From an uncultured archaeon (lineage in GTDB: Archaea; Aenigmatarchaeota; Aenigmatarchaeia; CG10238-14; SCSR01): a DNA stretch of 64,000 bases. The stretch covers positions 8,923 through 72,922 of the forward strand of contig CAYJVM010000002.1 in the NCBI GenBank assembly GCA_964373665.1, given 5' to 3'. Of the stretch, positions 10,885 through 21,024 are shown piece by piece. Within the stretch, counting starts at the first letter, position 1. Each line of letters opens with the position of its first letter. The notes below the pieces were generated by a model. The model saw only the letters and a list, made by a program, of their open reading frames with translations, was not told where the DNA came from and did no database searches. A program made the position numbers and the translations under genes.

Positions 10885-12423
10885 ATGGAAGTAAAAGGAA
10901 GGCTGATGTCCAACACTGTATACTTGATGATATCATGGGTAAGCTCTGTTTTCCTGAATTTCTTCTTTCAGGTAGTAGCCACAAAGACATTGCTACCTGA
11001 AGAGTTGGGAATACTGGCGACCGCCATTAACTTTTGCGTTATCATAGCTACTCTGCTCACTTTCGGCATGGAACAAACAACACAAAGGCTCACATCATAT
11101 TATTTGGGTAAGAACAAGAGCGACTTTCTCAAGTCAGTCCTGTGGTTTTTCCTAACTGCCACGATTTTCTTCAACGTACTCACGATAATAGTCCTACTCG
11201 TATTCTCGCAGCAGATAGCCCAACTGGTAAAGATACCACAGGGCGCACTCTTCATTAGCATTGCAGCACTGTTTCCTGTTTCCATATCAATATTCCTGGC
11301 TGGGGTCATAAGGGGCTACCAGAATATGCGCTATTTAATTGTCACGGCCATACTCGGTGATTTCATCAAGCTCGCCTTATCAGTTACACTTGTCTTTCTT
11401 GGATACAAACTCTTCGGGTTTCTGATAGCTTACCTGATTGCGGTATCATCAGTCTTTCTTTTCAGGCTGCCAAGCATCAAGATTTTCATCACAAAATTCA
11501 AGCGACCTAATGTGAAACTGATTGCGACTCAAGCAGTACCGTCATTCATAACGCAGATATTGTGGATGCTTATCATGAACGGACAATATCTGATCATCTC
11601 CACTTTGCAAACCACCTACGAAACAGGGCTGTTCGCAGTAGGTATGGTTCTTTCGAACCAGATATACTTCATACCAAGGATTATTTCAGATGCACTGTTT
11701 CCCATAACTTCCAGACTTACGGGAGACAAGAGCCTTATAAAACAGCAGCGTGATTTGATAAACCATGCCGTAAGATACACACTTCTGATAGCATTCCCAC
11801 TTTTATCGTTCATCATAAGCTTTCCAAAGCCGTTGATCTTCCTTATAGGAAGGGTACAGTTCTTTCCGGCTGCGGATTTGGTACCAGTGTTGCTTTTCGC
11901 TTCCCTGTTCTTCGGATTGGCAACTTTATTCTCTAGGACATTGTATGCAGTAGGCAGGACAATCACGTTTCAAAACATCTCCATAGTAGCGGCCATTTTC
12001 TATCTTATACTTTCTATCACGCTGACAATCTTATTTTCATCATTGGGCACTTCTTTGGCATATCTTGCGACAGGAGTCTTCATGACAGCCCTAAGCCTTT
12101 ACTACTTGAAAAAACACATAGGGTTTAACATTAACTTCTCTCCGATATTGAAAATCTTGGCAAGCAGCATAATAACTTACTCGACCTTGTACATCATATC
12201 ATTCATCACCCCCAACCTCATAATAGGAGCAATACTGGCAGGTATATTCACGCTAATTTACTTCGTTCTGCTGTTTGTCTTTAATTTTTACGACACGAAC
12301 GATGTAAAAATCTTTGATTTCATATCAAACAAAATACCATTTTCGAGAAAATACTTGTCTGTAATAAAGTCGGCCATTGTAAAGAGAATTCAGAAGAACG
12401 GCAAGTCGAATGAAGTTGAGTGA
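10885..12423 (+). CDS. polysaccharide/oligosaccharide flippase (MOP superfamily, Wzx-like)
   Basis: about 12-14 predicted TM helices, 512 aa, located in glycan cluster. Confidence 0.65.
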   Translation: MEVKGRLMSNTVYLMISWVSSVFLNFFFQVVATKTLLPEELGILATAINFCVIIATLLTFGMEQTTQRLTSYYLGKNKSDFLKSVLWFFLTATIFFNVLTIIVLLVFSQQIAQLVKIPQGALFISIAALFPVSISIFLAGVIRGYQNMRYLIVTAILGDFIKLALSVTLVFLGYKLFGFLIAYLIAVSSVFLFRLPSIKIFITKFKRPNVKLIATQAVPSFITQILWMLIMNGQYLIISTLQTTYETGLFAVGMVLSNQIYFIPRIISDALFPITSRLTGDKSLIKQQRDLINHAVRYTLLIAFPLLSFIISFPKPLIFLIGRVQFFPAADLVPVLLFASLFFGLATLFSRTLYAVGRTITFQNISIVAAIFYLILSITLTILFSSLGTSLAYLATGVFMTALSLYYLKKHIGFNINFSPILKILASSIITYSTLYIISFITPNLIIGAILAGIFTLIYFVLLFVFNFYDTNDVKIFDFISNKIPFSRKYLSVIKSAIVKRIQKNGKSNEVE

Positions 12424-12442
12424 TCTTAAGTACATGAGAAAT

Positions 12443-12462
12443 CTGCGGACTGAAGTCCGCAG
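12443..12462. terminator. perfect 8-9 bp hairpin between convergent genes, followed by an A8/T8 run (12486-12500)
   Basis: ctgcggac-tgaa-gtccgcag inverted repeat; poly-T on the minus strand downstream of the GT4 gene. Confidence 0.4.
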
Positions 12463-12527
12463 TCAAAAGCTGCGGAAAAGCAGCATAATAAAAAAAGGAA
12501 ATCCCGGCGCTTTAGCTTGGGAGGATA

Positions 12528-13664
12528 TCACTCGTGCAACTCGTCGTAGACATTCTCAACAAGCTTTATCGTAGATTTGATGTCGAAACGTTTCTCTACG
12601 GTTTCACGCCCCCTGGCTCCGATGGAGCTTCTTAGTTTGGAGCTTCTTATCAGCTTGGTTATGGCGTCTTCCATTTGTGATTGATTGTTAGGCATGACAA
12701 GTAAACCATTTCTTCCGTTGTCTATGATTTCTCTGGCCGCACCGTTGTTCGTTGCTATCACAGCCCTTCGCGCAGCCATGGCCTCTATTACGACTCTGCC
12801 AAGGGGCTCCGCCTCCACTGACGGAAGGACTACTATGTCAAAATCGCTGTAGACTTTGTTCACGTTCTTGACCACGCCCGGGAACATTACCGTATCCTTC
12901 AGCCCAAGATTGCCTACTAGTTCCTTAAGATGTTCCAAGTATGCACGGCCTCTTTTTGTATACGGTGTGCCGAAAACAAACAGTCTCACGTTCCTAGACC
13001 TTGAAGCAACATTCTTCATCGACTTTATCACAACTTCTTGGCCTTTCCAAGGCTCTATTCTGCTGAAAATACCTATCAATAAGATATCGTCGCCCATCGA
13101 GTTCGATTTTCTGAATGTGCCATTCCTTTTATCGCTTATTTCGGCCAAGTCTACGCCGTTGTAGATAACAACGGACTTTCTTTTGACACCATCCGTAGAA
13201 AAGTGCTTTACAGTGTTGCTTATAACGATAATTTTATCTGCCAATAATGCCGAGAACCAATCCAATAGCTTACCGACAAAGGGGCGAAATATTATCTCCC
13301 TCTTGTGCAACACCACAGGCTTCCCAGCAAGCTTCGCGGCTATCAAAGCCGAAGGAACCACAGCGGTGTTCACATGGACGATGTCTATTTTCCATTTCCT
13401 TATGAAGTCCCAAATCATGAAAATTGACGGGACGAAGCCAACAAACATTTTGATGAAATCAAACATGTTCTCCGGTGATTTTATAACAGTGAACGGAACC
13501 TCCTTGATTTTCTCACAATGCTTTTTATAGTCTTCAAACAATGGACCTCTTTTTGCTACGATCGCATAAGGCGAAAATCTTTTGGCGATGCTCTTCAGAA
13601 TCGTCAACAGGCTTATGTCAGATCCTCCAATCTCTCCCTTGGCATGGATATAAAGCACCCGCAT
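12528..13664 (-). CDS. glycosyltransferase family 4 (group 1)
   Basis: C-terminal GT-B signature EAMAARRAVIATNNGAAREIIDNGRNGLLV. Confidence 0.75.
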   Translation of the reverse strand: MRVLYIHAKGEIGGSDISLLTILKSIAKRFSPYAIVAKRGPLFEDYKKHCEKIKEVPFTVIKSPENMFDFIKMFVGFVPSIFMIWDFIRKWKIDIVHVNTAVVPSALIAAKLAGKPVVLHKREIIFRPFVGKLLDWFSALLADKIIVISNTVKHFSTDGVKRKSVVIYNGVDLAEISDKRNGTFRKSNSMGDDILLIGIFSRIEPWKGQEVVIKSMKNVASRSRNVRLFVFGTPYTKRGRAYLEHLKELVGNLGLKDTVMFPGVVKNVNKVYSDFDIVVLPSVEAEPLGRVVIEAMAARRAVIATNNGAAREIIDNGRNGLLVMPNNQSQMEDAITKLIRSSKLRSSIGARGRETVEKRFDIKSTIKLVENVYDELHE

Positions 13665-13665
13665 A

Positions 13666-15549
13666 CTATCCAGTCAACTCGCGCAGGGAAATAGGACCAT
13701 CGACCTTCTCCCTTTCTATGAAAGTCTTGTACCACAATCTGTAAAACATGAGGTTCCATATCTGGCTATTATGCCTCCTATTGTTGGGATGCTTTAACAC
13801 ATGTTTGGTTATGTAGTCGTAATTGAAATCACTATCCTTACCGAATTCCGATAAAAGAGATGACGATATTTCTTTCAGCTCATTGTTAAGCAAAGAAGCT
13901 ATAGGTACATTGAACCCCTGTTTCTTTCTTGCTAGGATTTCCTTGGGCAGGATGCCGACCATAGACTTTCTGAATGCATACTTGTCAAGTCTCAAATTCT
14001 GTGGCATGGTGTTGGAAAATTCTATCAGTTTATGGTCCATGAAAGGAGCCCTTGCCTCTATAGAAAACGCCATGGTCATCTTATCAACCTTCATAAGCAG
14101 CTTGTCGCATAGCCATACATTGAAGTCGAAGTGCAGCATGCTGTTCAGCAAGCCATTACCGTTGAAATAACTTTCAAGCAACTTGGTGCTGTCAATCTTT
14201 TCAACTTCCTTTTCTCCATACAACTCTTTCTTCTCATCTTCATCAAAGCCAGCCAGTGAGAACCTAAAATACGTGTCCTTCATGCTATTGGAAGTCTTCA
14301 GTACTTCTAACATAAAATCAAAATAATTCTTCATCTTGTTATTCGGAGAAACAAATGAAAGAGTCCCTAGCGCAGGCCTTAACAACGCTTTTACGACAGC
14401 ATTCGACAGTACCTTCGAGTATTTGCTCACCTTAATCATCCTAGAATATTTCGGATATCCGGCGAATGCCTCGTCGCCGCCCTCCCCGACAAGTATGACT
14501 GTAGCATAAGGTTTTGTAATTTCAGACATCTGGTATGTTGGCAATGCTGCTGGGTCAGCTGTAGGCTCGTCAAAATGCCATACGACATCTGGCAATATTT
14601 TATTAAAATCACTTCTGACCATAAGCTCCTTATGGTCAGTGCCAAATTTTTCAGCGACCAATCTTGCATACCCCAGTTCATCATCAGTTTGCCCGAATCC
14701 TACCGTAAACGTCTTAACAGGTTCTTCTACAATTTGGCTCATCAATGCAACAATGGAACTCGAGTCTAGCCCTCCTGACAGGTATACTCCCAAGGGGACC
14801 TCGCTCATTAGCCTTATTTTCACGGATTCTTTCAAGAGTTCCAAGATGTTTGTCGTATAGTAGTTTTCATCCATTTGAGAATTGGAAAATTCTATATCCC
14901 AATATTTTTTTGTGGTTATGTTATTATTCTGGTGAACTAGTATATGCCCAGGCTGAAGTTTGTATATTCCATCAAACATAGTGTCAGGACCAGGGACATA
15001 TTGAAAAGAGAGAAAATGGTGTAGCGCTCTGAAATTTACAGATCTCTTAACTTCAGGATGTTGTAATATAGACTTGATTTCAGAAGCGAACACTAAATTT
15101 CCATTGACCACGGTGTAATACAAAGGTTTCTTACCTAGCCTGTCCCTCCCTATCACGAGCTTCTTGGCTTTGATGTCCCAAATAGCAAAAGCAAACATAC
15201 CTCTGAGTTTCTCTACAAACAGTTCACCGTATTGTTCGTATGCATGAACAAAAATTTCCGTGTCACATTTAGTGTAAAATCTATGTCCCAAAGATTCGAG
15301 TTCTTTTTTTAGTTCGAGATAGTTGTAAATCTCACCGTTGTATATAACCCACACAGTCTCATCTTCGTTATGTACAGGTTGTTTCCCACCTGCCAAGTCT
15401 ATTATACTTAATCTTCTCATTCCTAATGAAAGGTTTTTATCGATGTAAATACCGAAATCATCGGGTCCCCTATGTTCTATCACATCACACATTCTACTTA
15501 TCAGTTCCTTATTAGCCTCGCCTACGATTCCAACTATGCCGCACATCAT
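13666..15549 (-). CDS. asnB: asparagine synthase (glutamine-hydrolysing)-like amidotransferase
   Basis: N-terminal MCGIVGIVG class II glutaminase with nucleophile Cys; SGGLDSS pyrophosphatase motif. Confidence 0.85.
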   Translation of the reverse strand: MMCGIVGIVGEANKELISRMCDVIEHRGPDDFGIYIDKNLSLGMRRLSIIDLAGGKQPVHNEDETVWVIYNGEIYNYLELKKELESLGHRFYTKCDTEIFVHAYEQYGELFVEKLRGMFAFAIWDIKAKKLVIGRDRLGKKPLYYTVVNGNLVFASEIKSILQHPEVKRSVNFRALHHFLSFQYVPGPDTMFDGIYKLQPGHILVHQNNNITTKKYWDIEFSNSQMDENYYTTNILELLKESVKIRLMSEVPLGVYLSGGLDSSSIVALMSQIVEEPVKTFTVGFGQTDDELGYARLVAEKFGTDHKELMVRSDFNKILPDVVWHFDEPTADPAALPTYQMSEITKPYATVILVGEGGDEAFAGYPKYSRMIKVSKYSKVLSNAVVKALLRPALGTLSFVSPNNKMKNYFDFMLEVLKTSNSMKDTYFRFSLAGFDEDEKKELYGEKEVEKIDSTKLLESYFNGNGLLNSMLHFDFNVWLCDKLLMKVDKMTMAFSIEARAPFMDHKLIEFSNTMPQNLRLDKYAFRKSMVGILPKEILARKKQGFNVPIASLLNNELKEISSSLLSEFGKDSDFNYDYITKHVLKHPNNRRHNSQIWNLMFYRLWYKTFIEREKVDGPISLRELTG

Positions 15550-15550
15550 C

Positions 15551-16552
15551 TCACTTTAAATGTTTACGTCTTTTGATAAAAAACATTTTGAATGTATCTA
15601 CAAATCCGAGCATTTTCACATTAGCATAACCGGTTTTAACACTTTTCCTTCTTTTATTATACCATCCAGAATTTCTTAACCACATGCCATTGAGAGTTGC
15701 TTTTGCAGCGGTTGTATTACCTACTGCAGCAAACATCACAGTCCAAATAAAATGCGACAAATAGTACAAAGGCAACATCCATATTATATCTGACATCCTA
15801 GCATTTTTCAGTATAGTCAACAACCTATTTCTCGTACTATAGAAATAGTAAATCTCGCTAAATCCCCTATTACCCAAGTCTTTAATGGATCCTCCTACCT
15901 TATGATAGGCAATCGAATTGGACGCAAGCACAACCTTGTAGTTACGGTTCAATAACCTCCATCCCAAATCCGCATCTTCACAGTACATGAAGTAGTCGTT
16001 GTCAAATCCCCCCAGTTTTTTATAAAACTCCTTCCTTATAATCATAGAACTTCCTGTAGGGAAGAAAGTCTCCATGCCGTCATCGACATCGTCCTTTTCC
16101 ATACCTTCTCCCATTGAACCTGGTATGCCTACTATACTCCACCACCCACCCACCGTATTTATGGTACTTCGATCGTCAATGTAAAGTACCTTCGATGAGC
16201 ATGCTCCAATCCTGTCATCGCCATATATCTTCTCAACCAGTGCACTGAGCCAGTTTTTCTCTACTGTGGTGTCTGGATTCAAGAAAACTATCAAGTCACC
16301 GCGCGCGTTTTTTACCCCTACATTATTGCCAGCCGAGAATCCTGTATTACTATTCAATGCAATCAGCTTCACCGAAGGAAATTTCTTCCTAATAACGTTT
16401 ATTGAATTATCTTTAGAGGCGTTGTCAACAAGTATGATCTCGTACATGTCATTAGGATAGTCTATTTTTTGAACTGATTTTAGGCAGTCTTCTATAAAGT
16501 CCTCCCCATTATAGTTCACTATTATTACTGAAACAAAGCCTTTGCCAATCAT
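15551..16552 (-). CDS. glycosyltransferase family 2
   Basis: VSVIIVNYNGEDFIEDCL...ILVDNASKDNS; DxD context. Confidence 0.75.
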   Translation of the reverse strand: MIGKGFVSVIIVNYNGEDFIEDCLKSVQKIDYPNDMYEIILVDNASKDNSINVIRKKFPSVKLIALNSNTGFSAGNNVGVKNARGDLIVFLNPDTTVEKNWLSALVEKIYGDDRIGACSSKVLYIDDRSTINTVGGWWSIVGIPGSMGEGMEKDDVDDGMETFFPTGSSMIIRKEFYKKLGGFDNDYFMYCEDADLGWRLLNRNYKVVLASNSIAYHKVGGSIKDLGNRGFSEIYYFYSTRNRLLTILKNARMSDIIWMLPLYYLSHFIWTVMFAAVGNTTAAKATLNGMWLRNSGWYNKRRKSVKTGYANVKMLGFVDTFKMFFIKRRKHLK

Positions 16553-16600
16553 AAAATCAACAATGTGAATAATGTTTTTAATCTCTTAGTGTGATGCGCA

Positions 16601-17059
16601 TCATTTAAGCAGAAACATCTCGATTTTATCAGCAATCTCCAATTTTGGGGTATTATATTTGACGAGTCGCTTGTTTGAGTTTACAAGTCCCTCCAATTCA
16701 CCCAAATTCTCACATTTCAGTATATAGCCTTCTTCCGACAACTTGTCAACAAGGTCTTTTTGGTCGCCAGTCTGATCTTGGGGTATTGCAATTATCCTCT
16801 TGTTTAGAGACAAACACTCGAAGAGAGTGCCTGCACCACCATGCGTTATTATCAAACTCGCTCTCTTGAAGTAACTGCTTATAGATGAAGTGTATTTAAA
16901 CCATTTACAGTTCTTTGGTATGTATTTGCCTCTGCCTAAAGTCATAATAACAGAGTCCTTTAATCCAGGGGCTATCTCGTCTACCTTCTTGATTATATCA
17001 TCCGAACCTATTGTCCCTGTAGTGACGAAAATCATACAATCACATGAGCCTTCCTGCAT
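16601..17059 (-). CDS. Alg13-like UDP-GlcNAc transferase catalytic subunit (Glyco_tran_28_C)
   Basis: ASLIITHGGAGTLFECLSLNKRIIAIP matches Alg13/EpsF C-terminal GT28 motif; 152 aa. Confidence 0.7.
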   Translation of the reverse strand: MQEGSCDCMIFVTTGTIGSDDIIKKVDEIAPGLKDSVIMTLGRGKYIPKNCKWFKYTSSISSYFKRASLIITHGGAGTLFECLSLNKRIIAIPQDQTGDQKDLVDKLSEEGYILKCENLGELEGLVNSNKRLVKYNTPKLEIADKIEMFLLK

Positions 17060-17486
17060 ATACGGCTTTTGGATACCTAATCTTCAAGTCTTCCCACTGA
17101 ATGAAGAACAAATCTGCTATTGGATACACCATCTTTCCAGACAAGGACGGTTTCCTAACTCTTGACCAGCTTTCAATATAAACTACTTTTTTGCCAAGCA
17201 GTTTGGCTATATAACAAAATGGCACTGGAACATCTGATCCAGGCGTAACTATGACATCTGGATTCTCTTTAAACAAAATAAAAAGTGCTTGAAGGGCCAG
17301 TATGAATTTTCTTGGAATGCCTTTGATTCCAATACCAGGCTCTATTACGAACCTAAACCTGTAGCCTTTCAATGCGTTAGTTGCAAGTGGCGTATAGTAA
17401 GTGGCGAACACCACGTCAAACTTCTTCTTGAGTTTTTCGGCCAAAAGAATACTCTGTTTCAAGTGTCCGCCAGGGCTTGTCGGCAT
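17040..17486 (-). CDS. Alg14-like membrane-anchoring subunit of bipartite GlcNAc transferase
   Basis: N-terminal SPGGHLKQ motif typical of Alg14; 148 aa; immediately upstream of Alg13-like gene. Confidence 0.65.
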   Translation of the reverse strand: MPTSPGGHLKQSILLAEKLKKKFDVVFATYYTPLATNALKGYRFRFVIEPGIGIKGIPRKFILALQALFILFKENPDVIVTPGSDVPVPFCYIAKLLGKKVVYIESWSRVRKPSLSGKMVYPIADLFFIQWEDLKIRYPKAVYAGRLM

Positions 17487-17545
17487 AAGTATTTTGATTT
17501 TACCACCTAAACGACTCTACCTCTTATGAATATTTAAAGATGCTG

Positions 17546-18559
17546 TTAAAGAAGATACAAACCAAGACCTAAAGCGACAAATAGAACTTCAATTAAGATG
17601 CATATCCATACGATTTGCTTCTCTGTGAATTTACCAGCATTCATTATAACATGCGTAAGACTGTAAAAATTTTTCCCATAAATATTTTCAATTGTCCCGT
17701 CACTCTTGAGTTTACCCAAACTACTCGCCCCCAATCTGGATCTCAGCTTCAAACCAAATTCCACAAAAAACGGCATCATAAATATGATGCCCAGTCTCTG
17801 CATATTACCAACAATTACACCTGTAGCAAGTAGCGCACCGAGCAGATACGTCAAAGAATCCCCTGGTAAAATCCTCGCTGGGTAGTAGTTGTACTTAAAG
17901 AACGCTAGAGTGGCGGCAGCGGATACGAAGAACAGAACCGCAATTTGGTTGTTAGTCAGTAGCGAGAAAATTCCCAGACCAAGCATGTAAACTACACCCA
18001 TCCCAGCTTCCATACCATTAAAACCGCCCAGCAAGTTTATTGCATTGCTTGTACCAACAACACCGATAGGAATCAGAATCAAAGGATAAAGAACACCCAC
18101 ATCTACTAGTCCAATCAACGGTAGTGTTATATGAGAACTGCCAGCGCTTATCACCATTAAAGGCACAGCAGCAGGCAACGTAAGCAACGGTTTCAACCAT
18201 TGCGGCAATCCTATTCGAATCTCTTTAACACCTTTCACACTAACTTTTCTTCTCGAGACATTAAGGTCGTCAAATACACCAATCAGGGTGATGATCAAGA
18301 CAGACGATATTATAGCCAGCAGACTCAAAGTGATGGTAGACGATCCTACAAAAAATGTCTCCACACCAATAAAAGTCAGCAAACCAACTAGGATGCCTAT
18401 AGCAACGCATGTCCCACCTGCAGAAGGAAGAATAGGCTTGTCTGTTTTATGCTGGTCTATGGCGACTACACCCACGTTTTTCAGATATCTTATTAGTGGT
18501 GGAGTGATAAAAAATGTAACAAAAAACGCTACTAGGAAACTTATAATCACAGTTATCAT
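17546..18559 (-). CDS. aglH: UDP-GlcNAc:dolichyl-phosphate GlcNAc-1-phosphate transferase (MraY/WecA/GPT family)
   Basis: about 10 TM helices; AINLLGGFNGMEAGMG motif of polyprenyl-phosphate sugar-1-P transferases. Confidence 0.75.
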   Translation of the reverse strand: MITVIISFLVAFFVTFFITPPLIRYLKNVGVVAIDQHKTDKPILPSAGGTCVAIGILVGLLTFIGVETFFVGSSTITLSLLAIISSVLIITLIGVFDDLNVSRRKVSVKGVKEIRIGLPQWLKPLLTLPAAVPLMVISAGSSHITLPLIGLVDVGVLYPLILIPIGVVGTSNAINLLGGFNGMEAGMGVVYMLGLGIFSLLTNNQIAVLFFVSAAATLAFFKYNYYPARILPGDSLTYLLGALLATGVIVGNMQRLGIIFMMPFFVEFGLKLRSRLGASSLGKLKSDGTIENIYGKNFYSLTHVIMNAGKFTEKQIVWICILIEVLFVALGLGLYLL

Positions 18560-18563
18560 AAAA

Positions 18564-20171
18564 TCAATAAATCACTTTATACAATATATTACCATCACAA
18601 CCGCCTTGGCTTAAACATTGATCTAAAGGCGGTCCGTTTTCATAGACCTTTTCAAATTTATCCGGATTGTTTTCAAGTAGCCTGACAAAACTGATTGAAT
18701 AACTTTCTCTGGAAGGTTGATCTGATAAGCTAAACTTCTGTATGAAGAGGTGAGTTATACCGTGGGTTTTTACCACATCCACTATGTCGTCTGGATTTTC
18801 GCCAAGGCGTATATCTGCCCACCCTGGACTTACAGTTCTTTCGCATGCATATGATGCTCTATGTCCCCAGAATGTCATTATTATGACGTCTTTTGGAAGA
18901 TTTTCCTTTACCCAATCACAAGCCACGAAGAACAATGGGGAGAATTGTTTCACCTGCTTCATAACCGCCAGTTTCGATGTGATGTTTTGGTATGAAAAGA
19001 ACAAAATGACAACTATTACAACCAGAGCCAAGTATTTCTGATACTTTTCTATGAACCTGTATAACTCAACCCAGTAATGCGAACTGATTAAGATTAACAG
19101 CGAAGACCAGAACAACATTTGGCGTGCAGTGTCCTCAACCCTATTAAATGTCACATACAGTGCATAAGCGCTTAAGGACAACATTATCAATATAATTGCA
19201 CGGAATTTCTCGTCCTTTCTTGTCAGAAAAATTATAAATCCTCCAAACAAGCCAATCAAAATAAACCACTCATTACCGTAAGCAAAATTAACATAATTCA
19301 CCAATCCAAAGCTCGTTAAGCTGGCCTCCGAGCCCCCAGCTAAACTGCGAACTTCGAATTCCTTAGTCTCTTCAAAGTTTCTTATTACGCAACCTCCTGT
19401 TTCAGCCAAACCAAATGGAATGTAGCATAATGGTGTGTTATAATGGGCATAGTTTCTCAAGAAGAACCCGCCTGATACAAGCAGTACAATAATTAAAAAT
19501 GCAGAATACATCTTTAGATGATGGATAAATTTCCCCTCTTTAATCAGGAGATACAAGAAAGCTAGAGGTAAAAATAATAAAACCGTGAATCCAGCCTGTT
19601 TAGTTAATATGGCCAAGCCTCCAAAAACTGCTGACAAGATCCAGTATTTTTTGCTATCTTCCTTAAGCGCTATCATGAAAGTGAAGAGAAATATAATCAT
19701 GTAGAATACAAGCAATATTTCATCAAAGACCAGGATTGTATAAGTCACGAAAGATGGTATACCTATAAAAATCAGGGTTGCAATCAATCCAAGCTCCTTA
19801 CCATACAACCTTTTCAGCAGAAGGTAAAACACAAGTCCTATAAGAGCAGCTATTAACGGTGACAGAAGTTTCAGTACGATTTCGCTTTTGAAAAAGATAA
19901 AAAGAAAGCCAGCTTCTAGTATATTGAACAAAGGCGGTCTGGCATAATTTGTTTTGTAGACTTCTGTATATCCTAGGGGAAACCATTTTGGATATTCCAA
20001 ATTTTCAGCCATCCATCTGGCCAATCCACCATGAAATCCCTCATCACCAAAGATTATGTTCGATTGTATGGATGTGTTGGCTTCTGTGATGAAAACTAGG
20101 CCGACTATGAGCAATAAGAATATTATAAAATCCCTTGAGCCCAACTGTATAACCATCGAATCATCTTTCAA
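18564..20171 (-). CDS. GT-C fold glycosyltransferase (ArnT/PMT, GT39/GT83-like)
   Basis: polytopic N-terminal region with GDEGFH acidic loop motif, C-terminal soluble domain; 535 aa. Confidence 0.55.
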   Translation of the reverse strand: MKDDSMVIQLGSRDFIIFLLLIVGLVFITEANTSIQSNIIFGDEGFHGGLARWMAENLEYPKWFPLGYTEVYKTNYARPPLFNILEAGFLFIFFKSEIVLKLLSPLIAALIGLVFYLLLKRLYGKELGLIATLIFIGIPSFVTYTILVFDEILLVFYMIIFLFTFMIALKEDSKKYWILSAVFGGLAILTKQAGFTVLLFLPLAFLYLLIKEGKFIHHLKMYSAFLIIVLLVSGGFFLRNYAHYNTPLCYIPFGLAETGGCVIRNFEETKEFEVRSLAGGSEASLTSFGLVNYVNFAYGNEWFILIGLFGGFIIFLTRKDEKFRAIILIMLSLSAYALYVTFNRVEDTARQMLFWSSLLILISSHYWVELYRFIEKYQKYLALVVIVVILFFSYQNITSKLAVMKQVKQFSPLFFVACDWVKENLPKDVIIMTFWGHRASYACERTVSPGWADIRLGENPDDIVDVVKTHGITHLFIQKFSLSDQPSRESYSISFVRLLENNPDKFEKVYENGPPLDQCLSQGGCDGNILYKVIY

Positions 20172-20205
20172 ATAGATAATATCAAAGTTAAGCTTTTAAA
20201 CTAAG

Positions 20206-21024
20206 TTATTCGCAAAGTCCCATCCAGTACCAGTTGTCCAGATGCTTTATCTTGTACCCGTATTTTTCCAGAACTTTTCTGCACGCATCTACATACTCCT
20301 GGTTCCATGCCTCAAATATGATTTTGGCCTTTCCAGATTTCAGAATGTTCTTCATTCCTTCCAAAACTTGCCTCTCGGCACCCTCCACATCAATCTTAAC
20401 CAAATCAACTTTCCTGATATTAAGGTTGTCCAGTATGTTGTCCAGCGTGTCAGCCTTCGTTGTGATGTAGTTCTTAGATGTCTTTACTGCCGAAGCCAGC
20501 AATGGCTGGTCTTCGTGGCTGAAAAGTTTCAAGTCAGTCTTTTTGCTCCAGCATGCCAAGTTTAATGCAACAGCGTTACTGCAGTTATTCAAGTCCATAT
20601 TTTTCTCAAGAGTTTTGAAATTTTCTGGATGAGGCTCTATCGAAATTATTTTCCCTTTACCACCTAAACTTTTTGACATCATAACCGTATACTTTCCTAT
20701 ATTTGCTCCCACATCGACGAATACCCCCCTTTTTAGCGATTTGAAATGTTTCCTGAGAGATGACTCAAAGTCTTCCGATACTACGTCCAAGTCGACATTG
20801 TCCCTACAAAAGAACAAACCATCCGAATTTTCTATCACAAAATTGTTAAAGAAAGCCTTTGGCGGTATGAGATTGCGCTTAATGAGTGCAAACGACAAGC
20901 TGTTTATTGGAAAAAAAAGCAGGTGCGTCAATGTATAAGCGAATATGTTAAGCTTATCTTGTATCTTACGTCCCTTTCTAAATCTTGTTGCGAATTCCAA
21001 GGCCTTTTCCACTTTCACAATCAT
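20206..21024 (-). CDS. FkbM-family methyltransferase
   Basis: GVFVDVGANIGKYTVMMSKSLGGKGKIISIEPHPENFKTLEKN. Confidence 0.7.
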   Translation of the reverse strand: MIVKVEKALEFATRFRKGRKIQDKLNIFAYTLTHLLFFPINSLSFALIKRNLIPPKAFFNNFVIENSDGLFFCRDNVDLDVVSEDFESSLRKHFKSLKRGVFVDVGANIGKYTVMMSKSLGGKGKIISIEPHPENFKTLEKNMDLNNCSNAVALNLACWSKKTDLKLFSHEDQPLLASAVKTSKNYITTKADTLDNILDNLNIRKVDLVKIDVEGAERQVLEGMKNILKSGKAKIIFEAWNQEYVDACRKVLEKYGYKIKHLDNWYWMGLCE

